Virus record (IMG/VR): IMGVR_UViG_3300032103_000073 | Strand: one strand, 5' to 3' | DNA: 64,000 nt | From: a virus | Lineage: Duplodnaviria; Heunggongvirae; Uroviricota; Caudoviricetes | Shown: piece after piece, positions 7,957 through 17,729 of the stretch | Layout: every line of letters begins with the position of its first letter | Position numbering within the stretch: position 1 is the first letter of the stretch | Made by a program: the position numbers and the translations under genes | Notes under the pieces: generated by a model | Told to the model about the DNA's origin: nothing | Seen by the model: only the letters and a program-made list of their open reading frames with translations | The model's database searches: none

Positions 7957-7985
7957 TTGACACAAATTCGTTTTGGACATATAAT
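7957..7985 (+). promoter_or_regulatory. sigma70-type promoter
   Basis: TTGACA-17nt-TATAAT. Confidence 0.8.
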
Positions 7986-8017
7986 ACATACATAGCGTAA
8001 CAAAACAGGAGTTGAAG

Positions 8018-8182
8018 ATGGTCGAAGTTGGTAAAACATACATTGGCTGTCACGATCACGTTGCTAAAGTCACTGCAATTGCAGGTGGCAAAGTTTATTA
8101 TCGTGACGAGCACGGCATTTGTTTTAATCAAGCAATCGACCTGTTTAATACGATTTATATCAAGCGTGGTAAAGCCGTTTGA
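8018..8182 (+). CDS. Small hypothetical protein (54 aa, MVEVGKTYIGCHDH...)
   Basis: AGGAG SD, immediately after a promoter; read manually. Confidence 0.65.
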   Translation: MVEVGKTYIGCHDHVAKVTAIAGGKVYYRDEHGICFNQAIDLFNTIYIKRGKAV

Positions 8183-8196
8183 TACAATGATTTTTC

Positions 8197-8329
8197 AGAT
8201 CGGTTACTGGTGCAGGCTCCGCTAGCTGATCTTTTAGAATTTGCATAGAGCCTTGCGTGACCTGCAAGTAATGTAAGTGAATCACTAGCAAAAGTCGTTT
8301 AGTCGATGATTTAGGTGCAAGCCCTAATA
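8197..8329 (+). ncRNA. Two-T-loop structured RNA, copy 2
   Basis: See 4465-4596; stems covary between the copies. Confidence 0.65.
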
Positions 8330-8406
8330 CTATTATAAAGCACATTGTGGGTGACATAGACTGCACCAAGCATTGGAAGTTTGCGACAGTGTGTTTCATA
8401 ATAGTA
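8328..8406 (+). ncRNA. Stem-closed small RNA cassette D
   Basis: 20-bp stem TACTATTATAAAGCACATTG / CAGTGTGTTTCATAATAGTA (1 A.C, 2 G-U). Confidence 0.65.
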
Positions 8407-8433
8407 ACCGCAGTCAATGCGATACTATACGGT

Positions 8434-8632
8434 GTGTTCAGCATCGTGAGAGGCAAAAGTTGGATACAAGCTGAGAAGCGTTTATTGTGTATGTTCAATC
8501 TGCGTCACTAAATATCTGGTACTCCAGACGGTGATTGAAACTATCAACACAGTAGAGATAAGCAGAGCAGAATGGGAATTGATCACCCTGAACGTTCTAG
8601 TCAGCCAAGTTGTAACGCCGACAACTGAACAC
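8434..8632 (+). ncRNA. Putative ~200-nt structured RNA
   Basis: Closed by GTGTTCAG/CTGAACAC; several internal hairpins; no ORF. Confidence 0.45.
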
Positions 8633-8757
8633 TATTTTAAAGCACATTTGAAACTGTAGGCTCAGACCCGTAATTCAGTATATGGTGGCAACACTATATG
8701 AGCAGGCAGAAATTCCTGCGTGTAGGACGATCCCCGCCAAGTGTGTTTCAGAATAGT
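8631..8757 (+). ncRNA. Stem-closed small RNA cassette E
   Basis: 20-bp stem ACTATTTTAAAGCACATTTG / CAAGTGTGTTTCAGAATAGT (1 A.C, 3 G-U); interior GCAA hairpin. Confidence 0.65.
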
Positions 8758-8761
8758 TTAT

Positions 8762-8838
8762 GGTCGGGTACCAGAGTGTTTAATGGCTCCGGTTGCAACC
8801 CGGTTGATTCGTAGGTTAAAATCCTACCCCGACCTCCA
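8762..8838 (+). tRNA. tRNA-Cys(GCA)
   Basis: GGTCGGG/CCCGACC acceptor, U73, loop TTGCAAC; atypical T-loop TTAAAAT. Confidence 0.85.
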
Positions 8839-8844
8839 AATTAC

Positions 8845-8868
8845 AAAGGCTCTTCGGAGCCTTTTTTT
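8845..8868 (+). terminator. Intrinsic terminator closing the RNA operon
   Basis: AAAGGCTC-TTCG-GAGCCTTT plus T-tract. Confidence 0.9.
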
Positions 8869-8894
8869 ACGACTGCATTTTTATAAATACAAAA

Positions 8895-9827
8895 ATGAAA
8901 AGCCCTATAAAGATCCAACAAAAGAAACCTACTATTAATATATACTGGAAGTTAACCGATCTTTGTAATTTTAAATGCAATTACTGTTTAGATTCTCTCC
9001 ATTCTGGAAATTATGCAACAGGAAAAATTCCAGGTTTTAGTTCAAATAAAGATAACTTATACTTTTTAAATACATTACAGCAGCATGTTAATAACGGGAA
9101 ACACTTAAATTTACAATTTAGTGGCGGCGAGCCTACGTTGCATCCAGATTTTATCCACATGATAAAGAGTATATATTCCGACAACGTACACATCGGAGTT
9201 ATAACTAATGGTTCTCGAGGAGAGGATTGGTGGCAAGAAGCTATAAATTATATCGATACCATTACTATCTCGCTGCACCCAGAATTTACTAACCTAGACA
9301 AAATAAATTCCATCGGAAACTTAATTATTAACGCAAACAAGAATTTAATATTTAACCTTAGCCTTGATCCAACTAGGTGGAATGATGTATTAAAAATGTA
9401 CAATGGTTTAGACGATCATCTCAAACCATTTGTATCCCTGAAAATTTTAAATCATCTTGATACTACAAAGGAAAACTATACATATTCACAAGAACAACAC
9501 GAGTGGATAAAGTTAAATTCAAATAGACCGATGGTGTCTAGTAATAAATTTATAAACTCAACTATTCATTTTAATGATGGAAGTTCAGAGCCTGTGCTGT
9601 TAAGCAGGATAACTTTTAATAAATGGAACAATTTCAAAAACTGGAGATGCAAAGTTTCTAGTCAAAGTTTATTGATCGATTTTGACGGTACGATTTACGC
9701 GGGCATTTGTAAAGTAAAACATTTAGGACACCTTACTAATTTTAATTTAACTACAACCGATGTAATATGCCCGTTTTCTTTTTGTCCTTGCCCTACTGAC
9801 ATTCGTTCTGAAAAAAACATAGAATAA
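8895..9827 (+). CDS. Radical SAM protein with a C-terminal Cys-rich (twitch/SPASM-like) region
   Basis: CNFKCNYC, FSGGEPTLH, CPFSFCPC; TATAAATA upstream. Confidence 0.9.
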   Translation: MKSPIKIQQKKPTINIYWKLTDLCNFKCNYCLDSLHSGNYATGKIPGFSSNKDNLYFLNTLQQHVNNGKHLNLQFSGGEPTLHPDFIHMIKSIYSDNVHIGVITNGSRGEDWWQEAINYIDTITISLHPEFTNLDKINSIGNLIINANKNLIFNLSLDPTRWNDVLKMYNGLDDHLKPFVSLKILNHLDTTKENYTYSQEQHEWIKLNSNRPMVSSNKFINSTIHFNDGSSEPVLLSRITFNKWNNFKNWRCKVSSQSLLIDFDGTIYAGICKVKHLGHLTNFNLTTTDVICPFSFCPCPTDIRSEKNIE

Positions 9828-9865
9828 TATCATTAAATATTAGACAGTTACTAGAAGAGGAAATT

Positions 9866-10093
9866 ATGACTGACCAAGAAAAAATTAATTTTATCGCAGA
9901 AGCGTTTACAAATTTGTTTAAAAAAACAGCTCCTGAAATTACACGAGACATGAGTATCATGGATTTGGGGTTAGACAGCTTAGACATAGTTGAACTACAA
10001 ATGGAATTTGAAAAGAAATACAATGTAGAGGTTCCTGATCCTGTTGGAGAAATTAGGACTGTTGGCAATTTACTAGATCACTTAACTGTCTAA
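9866..10093 (+). CDS. acpP: Acyl carrier protein
   Basis: DLGLDSLDIVEL phosphopantetheine motif, 75 aa, acidic. Confidence 0.9.
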   Translation: MTDQEKINFIAEAFTNLFKKTAPEITRDMSIMDLGLDSLDIVELQMEFEKKYNVEVPDPVGEIRTVGNLLDHLTV

Positions 10094-10094
10094 C

Positions 10095-10925
10095 ATGCAA
10101 TCGACAGACGACTTTTACAAAAAACTTATTAAGCCCATTAGAGATAAACATGTTTCTAAAGTAATCGCGTCTGTTGATAGCAGCACGTTTAGCCCCTACG
10201 ATCAACAGCTTAACTGGCAAGAACGGTTGTCTCCTGTTAAACAACTTAGAGAACAATTTACAGAATGGTCTAAAAGTCAGTTGCAGGGTTTAGACAAGTT
10301 TCCTTACATGTATGTTATGAACGGAAATACTGATTATCTAAACCTGCTATTTAATAAAATTAAAAATCTAGCTTGGAAAAAGGGAGACTACAGCTACTAT
10401 AGCTATTGGCATTCAGCAGCAGGCCTTCCGTTAAATGAACTAGAACATGCAAGAAGTGTGCAAGACTTTTTAGTATCATGGCCTGGATACTCACACGGCG
10501 ATCAAACTGAATTAGACTTTGCGCTAGCATGTAATGCAGACCGGCTTCACTTAGACTGTGCTTATTTAGGTCTAGTCGAACCTGCAGAATTAGACGTAAG
10601 TATATTTGAAACTGCCAGCTTTAGTTTTAGTAAAACACTGGCAATACCTTATAACAGAATTTCTATCATGTTTTCTAAAACAGAAATACCGGAAATTGCC
10701 CTATTAAATAGACTAGGTTATGTTAATCTCGCCGGAGTCAGACTTGTTAATCAGTTGCTAGACAACATTAGTATAGACTACTGGTGGGAAACATATGGGT
10801 CTAATCGCTTGATAGATTTATGCAAGCAATACGATCTAACTGCAACCAAATCAATTTTGTTTGCCTATGAAAAAGAAAAAAGAATAGGCCTTGCGCCTCA
10901 CTGGAATTTAAATGGAACTTTCTAA
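10095..10925 (+). CDS. PLP-dependent aminotransferase-fold protein
   Basis: SFSKTLAIPYNRIS resembles the class I/II S-x-S-K...R-I-G PLP-lysine motif. Confidence 0.55.
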   Translation: MQSTDDFYKKLIKPIRDKHVSKVIASVDSSTFSPYDQQLNWQERLSPVKQLREQFTEWSKSQLQGLDKFPYMYVMNGNTDYLNLLFNKIKNLAWKKGDYSYYSYWHSAAGLPLNELEHARSVQDFLVSWPGYSHGDQTELDFALACNADRLHLDCAYLGLVEPAELDVSIFETASFSFSKTLAIPYNRISIMFSKTEIPEIALLNRLGYVNLAGVRLVNQLLDNISIDYWWETYGSNRLIDLCKQYDLTATKSILFAYEKEKRIGLAPHWNLNGTF

Positions 10926-11550
10926 TATTGCATATATTGTACCGAACTTACCGAGGTACACTGTAGATAAAGAAAAATTTTGGGCTTGGTGGAAAGAAGT
11001 TAGCATACCAATCGATCGAATACAAAAAGACAGCAGGGGGAATGGCGGCGGATATGCTGGCGAGTTTTGGGACGGGCTAACCATATGGCAAAAGCCAACT
11101 TACCAAAATACTATTGTTTGGAAAGTAAATTATCAGCCAAATGAAGAATTGTTCGGGGAATTAGTTGAAAGATTGCATAAAGAATTACCATGGTTTGATA
11201 TACAAGGACTAACATTATGGTCAAATAAAACATATATCCCGCCGCATCAAGACGGGCAACCTCGTGATGAATTTCCTAGTGCTCCGAGAATCGCTCTGTT
11301 CGACGAATGCGAAAACGATACATTCTTTTTAGTTTCTAAGAAAAAACTTAAAAAGATTTATCCTAATATGCGCTCTGGTTCTAATTTATTTACATTTAAT
11401 AACGAAAACTTTTTTCACGGCGCAGATGCACCTATTAACGGAAAAAAAGTGTTAATGAGAATTGATGGACCGTTGGTGGACCCAGAAGGACTGAAAAATT
11501 TCATAAATAATCAAATAGCATCAGGTGCGCACTACGAAGGTATAATATAA
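10912..11550 (+). CDS. 2OG-Fe(II) oxygenase-like protein
   Basis: PPHQDG ... FFHGAD facial triad. Confidence 0.6.
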   Translation: MELSNIAYIVPNLPRYTVDKEKFWAWWKEVSIPIDRIQKDSRGNGGGYAGEFWDGLTIWQKPTYQNTIVWKVNYQPNEELFGELVERLHKELPWFDIQGLTLWSNKTYIPPHQDGQPRDEFPSAPRIALFDECENDTFFLVSKKKLKKIYPNMRSGSNLFTFNNENFFHGADAPINGKKVLMRIDGPLVDPEGLKNFINNQIASGAHYEGII

Positions 11551-12197
11551 TGGAACATAAAGAAGAAAATTTAATTTGGACTGCGTTAGATACGCCTAGC
11601 GTTTATCCAAAAGACTGGGACTTGTTTTGGTCAGCATGGAATCAACATTCCGGATCTAGTCATATTATCAAAAGTGATCCTGCCGGAAATAACTATTCTG
11701 AAACTTCTAAAGATGTTGATTTTTTCAGGGGATTGGATATCTATGCAAAAGAACCGATCTTGCTAACAGACAACCATTGGAAAGTTCCTTTTTTAAACTA
11801 TACTGAAATTTTTCCAAACTTGCTAGATGATCTAAACACTGCGTTCCCTTGGGCAGATATTCTTTTCTGTAGATTATGGATGAGCAATATGCCTATCCCA
11901 TGGCACAGAGATCATACCAGCGAACCCGGAACACTGCGAGCTATGATTTATGACGAAAACCCGCAGCCAACTTTTAAAATTTTTAATGCTAAATCCGGAG
12001 TGCAGTTTATCGATTTACCTGACGAAACAAATACTTTCATGTATAATAATAAGACCTGCTTACACGGAAGTGACAGGCAAGAAGGAATCAACAAGATTGT
12101 GCTGATCATTATTCATAAAAATAAAGATCCAGCACAGTTAGCAGAACTATTAGAACGTAGTGCAACTAAATTCCCAGGCCGTTGTAAATATCTTTAA
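11550..12197 (+). CDS. 2OG-Fe(II) oxygenase-like protein
   Basis: PWHRDH ... CLHGSD. Confidence 0.6.
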   Translation: MEHKEENLIWTALDTPSVYPKDWDLFWSAWNQHSGSSHIIKSDPAGNNYSETSKDVDFFRGLDIYAKEPILLTDNHWKVPFLNYTEIFPNLLDDLNTAFPWADILFCRLWMSNMPIPWHRDHTSEPGTLRAMIYDENPQPTFKIFNAKSGVQFIDLPDETNTFMYNNKTCLHGSDRQEGINKIVLIIIHKNKDPAQLAELLERSATKFPGRCKYL

Positions 12198-12376
12198 TTT
12201 TTTCGGGGGAGCGAGTTGATTCTATCTACAATTTGTTTTCGCTGCGAATTATCTAGCTTGGGCCAAGAGACAACTTCTTCACGTGTCCTATGACAGCCCG
12301 AGCAAACTTCGTCTTTAAATTTACAAATACTCTTGCAAGGATTAGGAATTAATTTCATTTTATGTATAAGAATCAA
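12194..12376 (-). CDS. DUF1289-like Cys-rich small protein
   Basis: PCKSICK...CSGCHRTREEVVSW. Confidence 0.8.
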   Translation of the reverse strand: MILIHKMKLIPNPCKSICKFKDEVCSGCHRTREEVVSWPKLDNSQRKQIVDRINSLPRKN

Positions 12377-13537
12377 GCAATAACTTGGACTGTAGATCCC
12401 GTACTAGATGCAATTTATGAAGATCTACGAAAAAAACATTACGTTAATGTTGGGCATAGATTATATAAAAACTATAGCAACAATCACGTTAATGAAGTTA
12501 GCGCTAAGACTATTTATTGGGGACACTCTGGAGAACCCGAGATAGTGTGCAGCATACTAGCAAGGCCCTGCTGGCCTGAAAATACCTACAGAATTTTAAA
12601 TAGGTTGTGGAAGCCAAAGATGCTAACTGGTCCTATATTTGATATCAGCGAAGGTTTTGCCAAAGTACTAGAAGATCAATTAAATTGGTGCCAGCTTCGC
12701 AATGCTGCTGGCGTTTTTATGAGCAGGGAGGGCGACGGAAATTGGCAACAATGGGCAGGGGAACGCCTAAGTGCAATGACTAACTTAGAGTTTGCTATGC
12801 CCGAAGAAAAGTTTTTAACCTGCAATAACGAGCAAGATACTAGTTGCTGGCAACGAATACTTTATCACGGTGACGAAACAGTATTAGAAAATTGGTCAAA
12901 ACAGTCCGCAGTTAAAAATGGTCTGCATCGTTTGACCCTAGATGATTATGAACAGCTTAATGATCTAGTTAATACCAAGGCCATAGTCAAAGACGTAGTT
13001 GCAGACGATCTCGGGTATATTTTACGCTATAGAAAACTGTGGATCGAGGGCATGAAGAAGCATTACTTAAAAGATTCCAAAACACATTACATGTATGGCT
13101 GGTTTGAAAATAATCTGCTAGTTAGCTGCATGAGCTGGCGTTGCGATTTACCTGACTTGTGGAGTGACAGTTGGGTAGTAGGCAACTTAAAAAGTCGCCC
13201 GGGCTACAGTATTAAAACAAACGGTATGCTACAACTCTGGACAAAGATGTTTGAAATCTGCGAAGGGCTAGGGTTAAAAAGGTGGCATATGGTCATCCCG
13301 CAAAATAACAGTCGCAGGTATCAAGCAGTAGCAGATAGATATTTCAAAGACATTGACAGTAGTTATGATTATCAATGGAGTATAATTGTACCCCCAAATA
13401 CGCAACCTGAGATAGATTGGGTCTGGGGAACAATGGGTAGGCAACTACTAAATAGCGAAGTAAGAGTAAGAACCGGCACTAAAAAATGGGAAAACCTAGT
13501 GCCAACAACATATAATTGGAAAAAAGACAATGCTTAA
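12362..13537 (+). CDS. Two-domain GNAT-like acyltransferase
   Basis: YMYGWFENNLLVSCMS strand, VGNLKSRPGY; predicted two GNAT-like halves. Confidence 0.45.
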   Translation: MYKNQAITWTVDPVLDAIYEDLRKKHYVNVGHRLYKNYSNNHVNEVSAKTIYWGHSGEPEIVCSILARPCWPENTYRILNRLWKPKMLTGPIFDISEGFAKVLEDQLNWCQLRNAAGVFMSREGDGNWQQWAGERLSAMTNLEFAMPEEKFLTCNNEQDTSCWQRILYHGDETVLENWSKQSAVKNGLHRLTLDDYEQLNDLVNTKAIVKDVVADDLGYILRYRKLWIEGMKKHYLKDSKTHYMYGWFENNLLVSCMSWRCDLPDLWSDSWVVGNLKSRPGYSIKTNGMLQLWTKMFEICEGLGLKRWHMVIPQNNSRRYQAVADRYFKDIDSSYDYQWSIIVPPNTQPEIDWVWGTMGRQLLNSEVRVRTGTKKWENLVPTTYNWKKDNA

Positions 13538-14342
13538 AACACTAACAGCGAGCGAATTCGTTAAGAGAACATTTAAATATAAAACTTTATGGGGAGGTTT
13601 GGTCCCTATGAACATCATTGCCGTTACTGCAATCGTAGCAGCTATAATGGGACACTGGGCTACAATCAATTGGTTATATCTTGCGTTAGGTTACTTCTGC
13701 ATTATGATACTAGGGGTTACTATCGGGTATCATAGATATGTTAGCCATAAGAGTTTTGAAACATACAAGCCTATTCGTTATATACTGTTGTTCTTTGCAG
13801 GCCTAGCAGGGCAAGGCAGTCCTATCTTCTGGACCGGAATACATAGAGATTTACATCATCCTTATAGCGATGGTGATCGAGATCCTCATACGCCTAACAA
13901 GGGCATTTTTACCAGCTGGTTCCTATGGCTTTGGAAAGTAGAAGAAAATGATATCAATTTTAGAGATATCGTCGATTTGTTAAAAGTAAAAGAATATAAT
14001 TTCATACACAAACACTACATGGAATTATACTGGGCTGCTAACTTAGTCATCGCACTGATTAGTTTTGATTTTTGGATTTGGTTTTGTATTGTACCTAGCT
14101 TTATCACATTCCATAGTTATGCCGCTACAAACTGTTTAAATCACTTTAAGAGTCTAGGTTATAAGAACTACGATACTACCGATAACAGCGTAAATGCTCC
14201 TATACTATTTCCTTTTGTTCTAGGCGAGTGCTGGCATAATAATCATCACGGCGATGTTAAAGCCTATCACTTTGGTCGTGTTAATTGGTGGGAAGTAGAT
14301 CCAAGCGGTGTTGTTATCGAACTTATTAAAAAGAGAAACTAA
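13530..14342 (+). CDS. Membrane fatty-acid desaturase (delta-9 / OLE1-like)
   Basis: His boxes HRYVSH, HRDLHH, HNNHH; TM helices. Confidence 0.92.
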   Translation: MLKTLTASEFVKRTFKYKTLWGGLVPMNIIAVTAIVAAIMGHWATINWLYLALGYFCIMILGVTIGYHRYVSHKSFETYKPIRYILLFFAGLAGQGSPIFWTGIHRDLHHPYSDGDRDPHTPNKGIFTSWFLWLWKVEENDINFRDIVDLLKVKEYNFIHKHYMELYWAANLVIALISFDFWIWFCIVPSFITFHSYAATNCLNHFKSLGYKNYDTTDNSVNAPILFPFVLGECWHNNHHGDVKAYHFGRVNWWEVDPSGVVIELIKKRN

Positions 14343-15478
14343 TGGCAGAAATTAAAATTTACAAAGAAGAAGTTCCTATCAACAGAACATGTCACTTATA
14401 TATAGAAGAAAAATTTAATCTAATTAAACAAATGAACAGGCTAACTCCTAAATATAACGGGAAAGACTTGATTAGATTAAAATTAGATTTAGATGTTGAT
14501 AAACTGCTACCTAATGTTCTTGCTGCAACAGACAAGTATAAATGGTGGGGTTGGATTAACAAAAATGCAGATACGCAATTAACAGAGCATGATAAGCTAC
14601 GCCGAGAAAACGAAGGTGTAGATTTTTTAACCAGGGGCAGTTATTACGGGGGTTGGAGTATCAAAAGCAACTCTGTTTATTGTGCTAGCCAAGGACTTGC
14701 ACCGGAAAGCGCAGGTATGGGCGAATTGCCGAGCCCTATCAGTTGGTTCTTGTATTCTAGTCTCGGCGGAGAAATTTATAAAAAATTAGAAGAAAGCCAA
14801 CACCTTCTTACACTAACTAGGATTGCAGTTGAACAAGGATATAAACAAGTTATTCGTCATTTAGTTGAGCATAAACTTATTACACTAGAACAGGCTTTTG
14901 AAATTAAAATCCCAAAAGAAGAAAAATTAAGTGAGTTCCATAAAGAAAAAGATGGCTATCACGACACTTGGAGTTTTACAGATTGGACAAATGCTGCCGT
15001 AGAAAGTGGTATTAAAGATATTACAAATAGTGCCAACTGCCAACTATTAAGAAGCAGAGTAGCATGGCAACGCGGTGAATTCAGGGACTATAGAACCGAC
15101 GGTGACTACGAAGGTAAAAACGACAGATGGACATGGCACAGCGACGAGTCTGTTGTTCATAACGTTCGTGTAATTATTCCTATTCAAACTAGCAATGCAT
15201 ATGGAATGGAGATTAAACCTCACCCTCCTAGAATATTAGAAAAGGGTTATGCATATACTTGGGATACCAATATCGTGCATAGACAAATGCAGTTAGATAA
15301 TTCTAGTCAACTAGATAGAATTTTTGTAGTTCTCGGTTTTAACCCATGGTTTAATTGGATACCAGAAGAACAAGCATGGGTCTCTAACGAATTCTACGGT
15401 AAAGTACATCCATTAGACATGATGGTAGATGGTCTTGTCTTGCCGCATGTCAAGTTCGACAAAGTTATAACCGAATGA
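14342..15478 (+). CDS. 2OG-Fe(II)/Asp beta-hydroxylase-like protein with an N-terminal extension
   Basis: TWHSDES, VRVIIPIQTS, WDTNIVHR. Confidence 0.6.
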   Translation: MAEIKIYKEEVPINRTCHLYIEEKFNLIKQMNRLTPKYNGKDLIRLKLDLDVDKLLPNVLAATDKYKWWGWINKNADTQLTEHDKLRRENEGVDFLTRGSYYGGWSIKSNSVYCASQGLAPESAGMGELPSPISWFLYSSLGGEIYKKLEESQHLLTLTRIAVEQGYKQVIRHLVEHKLITLEQAFEIKIPKEEKLSEFHKEKDGYHDTWSFTDWTNAAVESGIKDITNSANCQLLRSRVAWQRGEFRDYRTDGDYEGKNDRWTWHSDESVVHNVRVIIPIQTSNAYGMEIKPHPPRILEKGYAYTWDTNIVHRQMQLDNSSQLDRIFVVLGFNPWFNWIPEEQAWVSNEFYGKVHPLDMMVDGLVLPHVKFDKVITE

Positions 15479-16026
15479 ATGTAGATAATTTTTATTTTCA
15501 ATATTTGGATATTGATTTTGACTCTAGCGAAATTACTCGTTTGTTAGAAAGATTTCCATTGACTAGCTCAAAGTTTAGCAAAGAAGACTTAAATGAAATT
15601 AAAAGTCTTATGCCAAGCCTGTTTGCGTGGTTTGAACAGCAGGATATGAAACCAGTATTGGCTATTGTAATCAATCATGGTCCGGGTTTTAAACAAAATA
15701 TTCATGTAGATAATATTGCAAACAATACATCCGGTTTAGCAGTTAATATCCCACTTAACAATCTTGCAAAAGATTCAATAACTAGAATGTACAGGCTTAG
15801 AAATAACAACCAACTGGGACAGACTGCATCTAGAGATACAAACTTACCGTATTTTAAATTTAATCCAAACGAGGTCATCAAGTATACCGAATACACTTCT
15901 CATAAACCTGTACTAGTTAATATAACAAAGCCGCATAGTGCCTGGAATAATACTGACTATAACAGAGGAGTGCTGACCATTAGATTTGAAACTAATCCAA
16001 TACATTTAATAAAGGAACTAACATGA
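15475..16026 (+). CDS. 2OG-Fe(II) oxygenase-like protein
   Basis: IHVDN, AVNIPL, KPHSAWN, RGVLTIRF. Confidence 0.6.
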   Translation: MNVDNFYFQYLDIDFDSSEITRLLERFPLTSSKFSKEDLNEIKSLMPSLFAWFEQQDMKPVLAIVINHGPGFKQNIHVDNIANNTSGLAVNIPLNNLAKDSITRMYRLRNNNQLGQTASRDTNLPYFKFNPNEVIKYTEYTSHKPVLVNITKPHSAWNNTDYNRGVLTIRFETNPIHLIKELT

Positions 16027-16775
16027 AGGGCCTAAACGGAAAGCCATTTATAGATTGTCAAGAACATATTGACATGCAAACATTAAAAGATTTAAATTTA
16101 GAAATATGTATGGGTATTGCAGCTAGTGATATTCGAGCAGGTATCTACGGACCAGGGGTTGTCGAAAGCGAACGCTATGGCAACTTTATGCTAATGAAAA
16201 GTAAGTTGGCAAAGGATCCAGCTAGCGATGAGTTTGGCTGGAATCGTATGACTCACAATCAACAAAATATCTTTGCTAAATTGTATTTTAATTTATATAA
16301 TCCCAGCACTACAGTTTACCTACGAGAACCTAAAAAGGGTGTTGACGGGCTAGTTGCTTATCGTAAAAAAGCCTATGCAGAGTTATTTGAATGGACTAAT
16401 AATACTAAAAATTTCCCCAAGCTAAAAGTATGGTTAGATAGTCTAATAGGCACAGTGTTTAAAGAATATGGTCGTATTATTTTCTTCTTACACGAACACG
16501 ATTGTAAGCTACCAGTACACCGCGATGGGCTTGCTAGCGTTCCTCACTCTAACGAATTTTTATGGCTTAACCCGCAAGGTATTAAGAAATTCTATGTTTA
16601 TGATGAAAATACCACTGAACGCCACGATGTGAATAGTCCTGCTGTATTCTTTAATGACTTAGATATGCATGGGGGAGATACAAACGAGTCAATGACGTGG
16701 AGTTTGCGTATAGATGGTGTCTTTACCGATGAATTTAAAAAACGCATCGGTTTAGAGGGCATAACCGTTTATTGA
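16023..16775 (+). CDS. 2OG-Fe(II) oxygenase-like protein
   Basis: PVHRDG, DMHGGD, WSLRIDG. Confidence 0.6.
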   Translation: MKGLNGKPFIDCQEHIDMQTLKDLNLEICMGIAASDIRAGIYGPGVVESERYGNFMLMKSKLAKDPASDEFGWNRMTHNQQNIFAKLYFNLYNPSTTVYLREPKKGVDGLVAYRKKAYAELFEWTNNTKNFPKLKVWLDSLIGTVFKEYGRIIFFLHEHDCKLPVHRDGLASVPHSNEFLWLNPQGIKKFYVYDENTTERHDVNSPAVFFNDLDMHGGDTNESMTWSLRIDGVFTDEFKKRIGLEGITVY

Positions 16776-17122
16776 TTGATAACTTCTAGTTCGATAGAGT
16801 AGCCGCTAGGATCATTTTCTAGCTGCTGCTTTTTGTCAGTATATTTGGTAACTAATTCGTCTGCAATAGCCAAAGCCTTTTCAGAGTCTGTTTCTGTTAT
16901 GTGCAATACAGTTACCCAATTTACACCCGGCTTTTTAAATTGTTCTACTCGAATTGGATAGTTTTTAAAACGATCAAAACCTTCGATTGCTTCGTCGATA
17001 CTTTGCCCGCCGGTTTCAATCAAATGCTCTGTGGCACTTTTCTTTTTGTTTGGATTAAACATGCTAGGCGCTTGATCATCCCATTCCGGTCCGCCGATCC
17101 AATAAACATTTATTGTATACAT
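16769..17122 (-). CDS. Hypothetical protein
   Basis: ORF with GAGG SD and upstream TTAAATA. Confidence 0.65.
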   Translation of the reverse strand: MYTINVYWIGGPEWDDQAPSMFNPNKKKSATEHLIETGGQSIDEAIEGFDRFKNYPIRVEQFKKPGVNWVTVLHITETDSEKALAIADELVTKYTDKKQQLENDPSGYSIELEVINQ

Positions 17123-17200
17123 AATTACCTCGTTAAGTGTTATACGAGTATTTAATAGTAGTTGCCATAAAAATTATTCGACTAGGTTTACCAAAATGTA

Positions 17201-17229
17201 TTGACACTATCAGAAGTATTTGCTACAAT
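17201..17229 (+). promoter_or_regulatory. sigma70-type promoter
   Basis: TTGACA-17nt-TACAAT, nearly identical spacer end to the 5986 promoter. Confidence 0.8.
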
Positions 17230-17235
17230 AGAAGC

Positions 17236-17560
17236 TTAAGTTAATAAGTTTTGGCGGTGTGCGAAAGCTAACCGCCCGGGGAAAGAGAAGGATAGAGGAC
17301 TAACGTAACTCATTGTACTTTTTTATAGAAGAACAATGATCATAAATCTAGCAATCGGAATTTATTCCGATCGTGCTTGCGTGAACTGGACCCTATAACC
17401 TAATCAACTTTGTGATTTGCTCTCCAGGAATATGCAGGTCTCTGTGCTTTGCACTTTGTGACTTGTTGGTAAATTAGTTTACCTGTCAATTGTCCTGTTG
17501 GTTACTCGCTTTCTTGACTCCGTTATATTTTTGTTGTATAATTTGTTTTTAAAGGAAAAA
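17236..17560 (+). ncRNA. Long structured leader or ncRNA
   Basis: Hairpins GGCGGT/ACCGCC, ATCGGAA/TTCCGAT, GGTAAA/TTTACC; repeated CTTTGTGAYTTG. Confidence 0.4.
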
Positions 17561-17564
17561 GAAA

Positions 17565-17729
17565 ATGGCATACGATCCCCGAGCAGTTAAACTACCCAAA
17601 AGCGTCAAACGCCGTGCAGCTACTATTGCAGATGCACACGAGCGCGGCGCTGTAATTCGCAGCTTTGTTAAGATTCTCGAAGCAGAGCAGTTCGCAAGCA
17701 AAAACCGTCATAAAAAGGACAAACAATGA
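17565..17729 (+). CDS. Small hypothetical protein (54 aa, MAYDPRAVKLPK...)
   Basis: AAGGA SD; ATGA overlap with the next gene; read manually. Confidence 0.7.
   Translation: MAYDPRAVKLPKSVKRRAATIADAHERGAVIRSFVKILEAEQFASKNRHKKDKQ

Noticed and set aside
8895-9827. Calling the radical SAM protein QueE and the region a complete 7-deazaguanine pathway
   Set aside because: It is longer than QueE, has an extra Cys-rich tail, and no FolE or DpdA is seen in the window; the QueC-like pair may act on other substrates.
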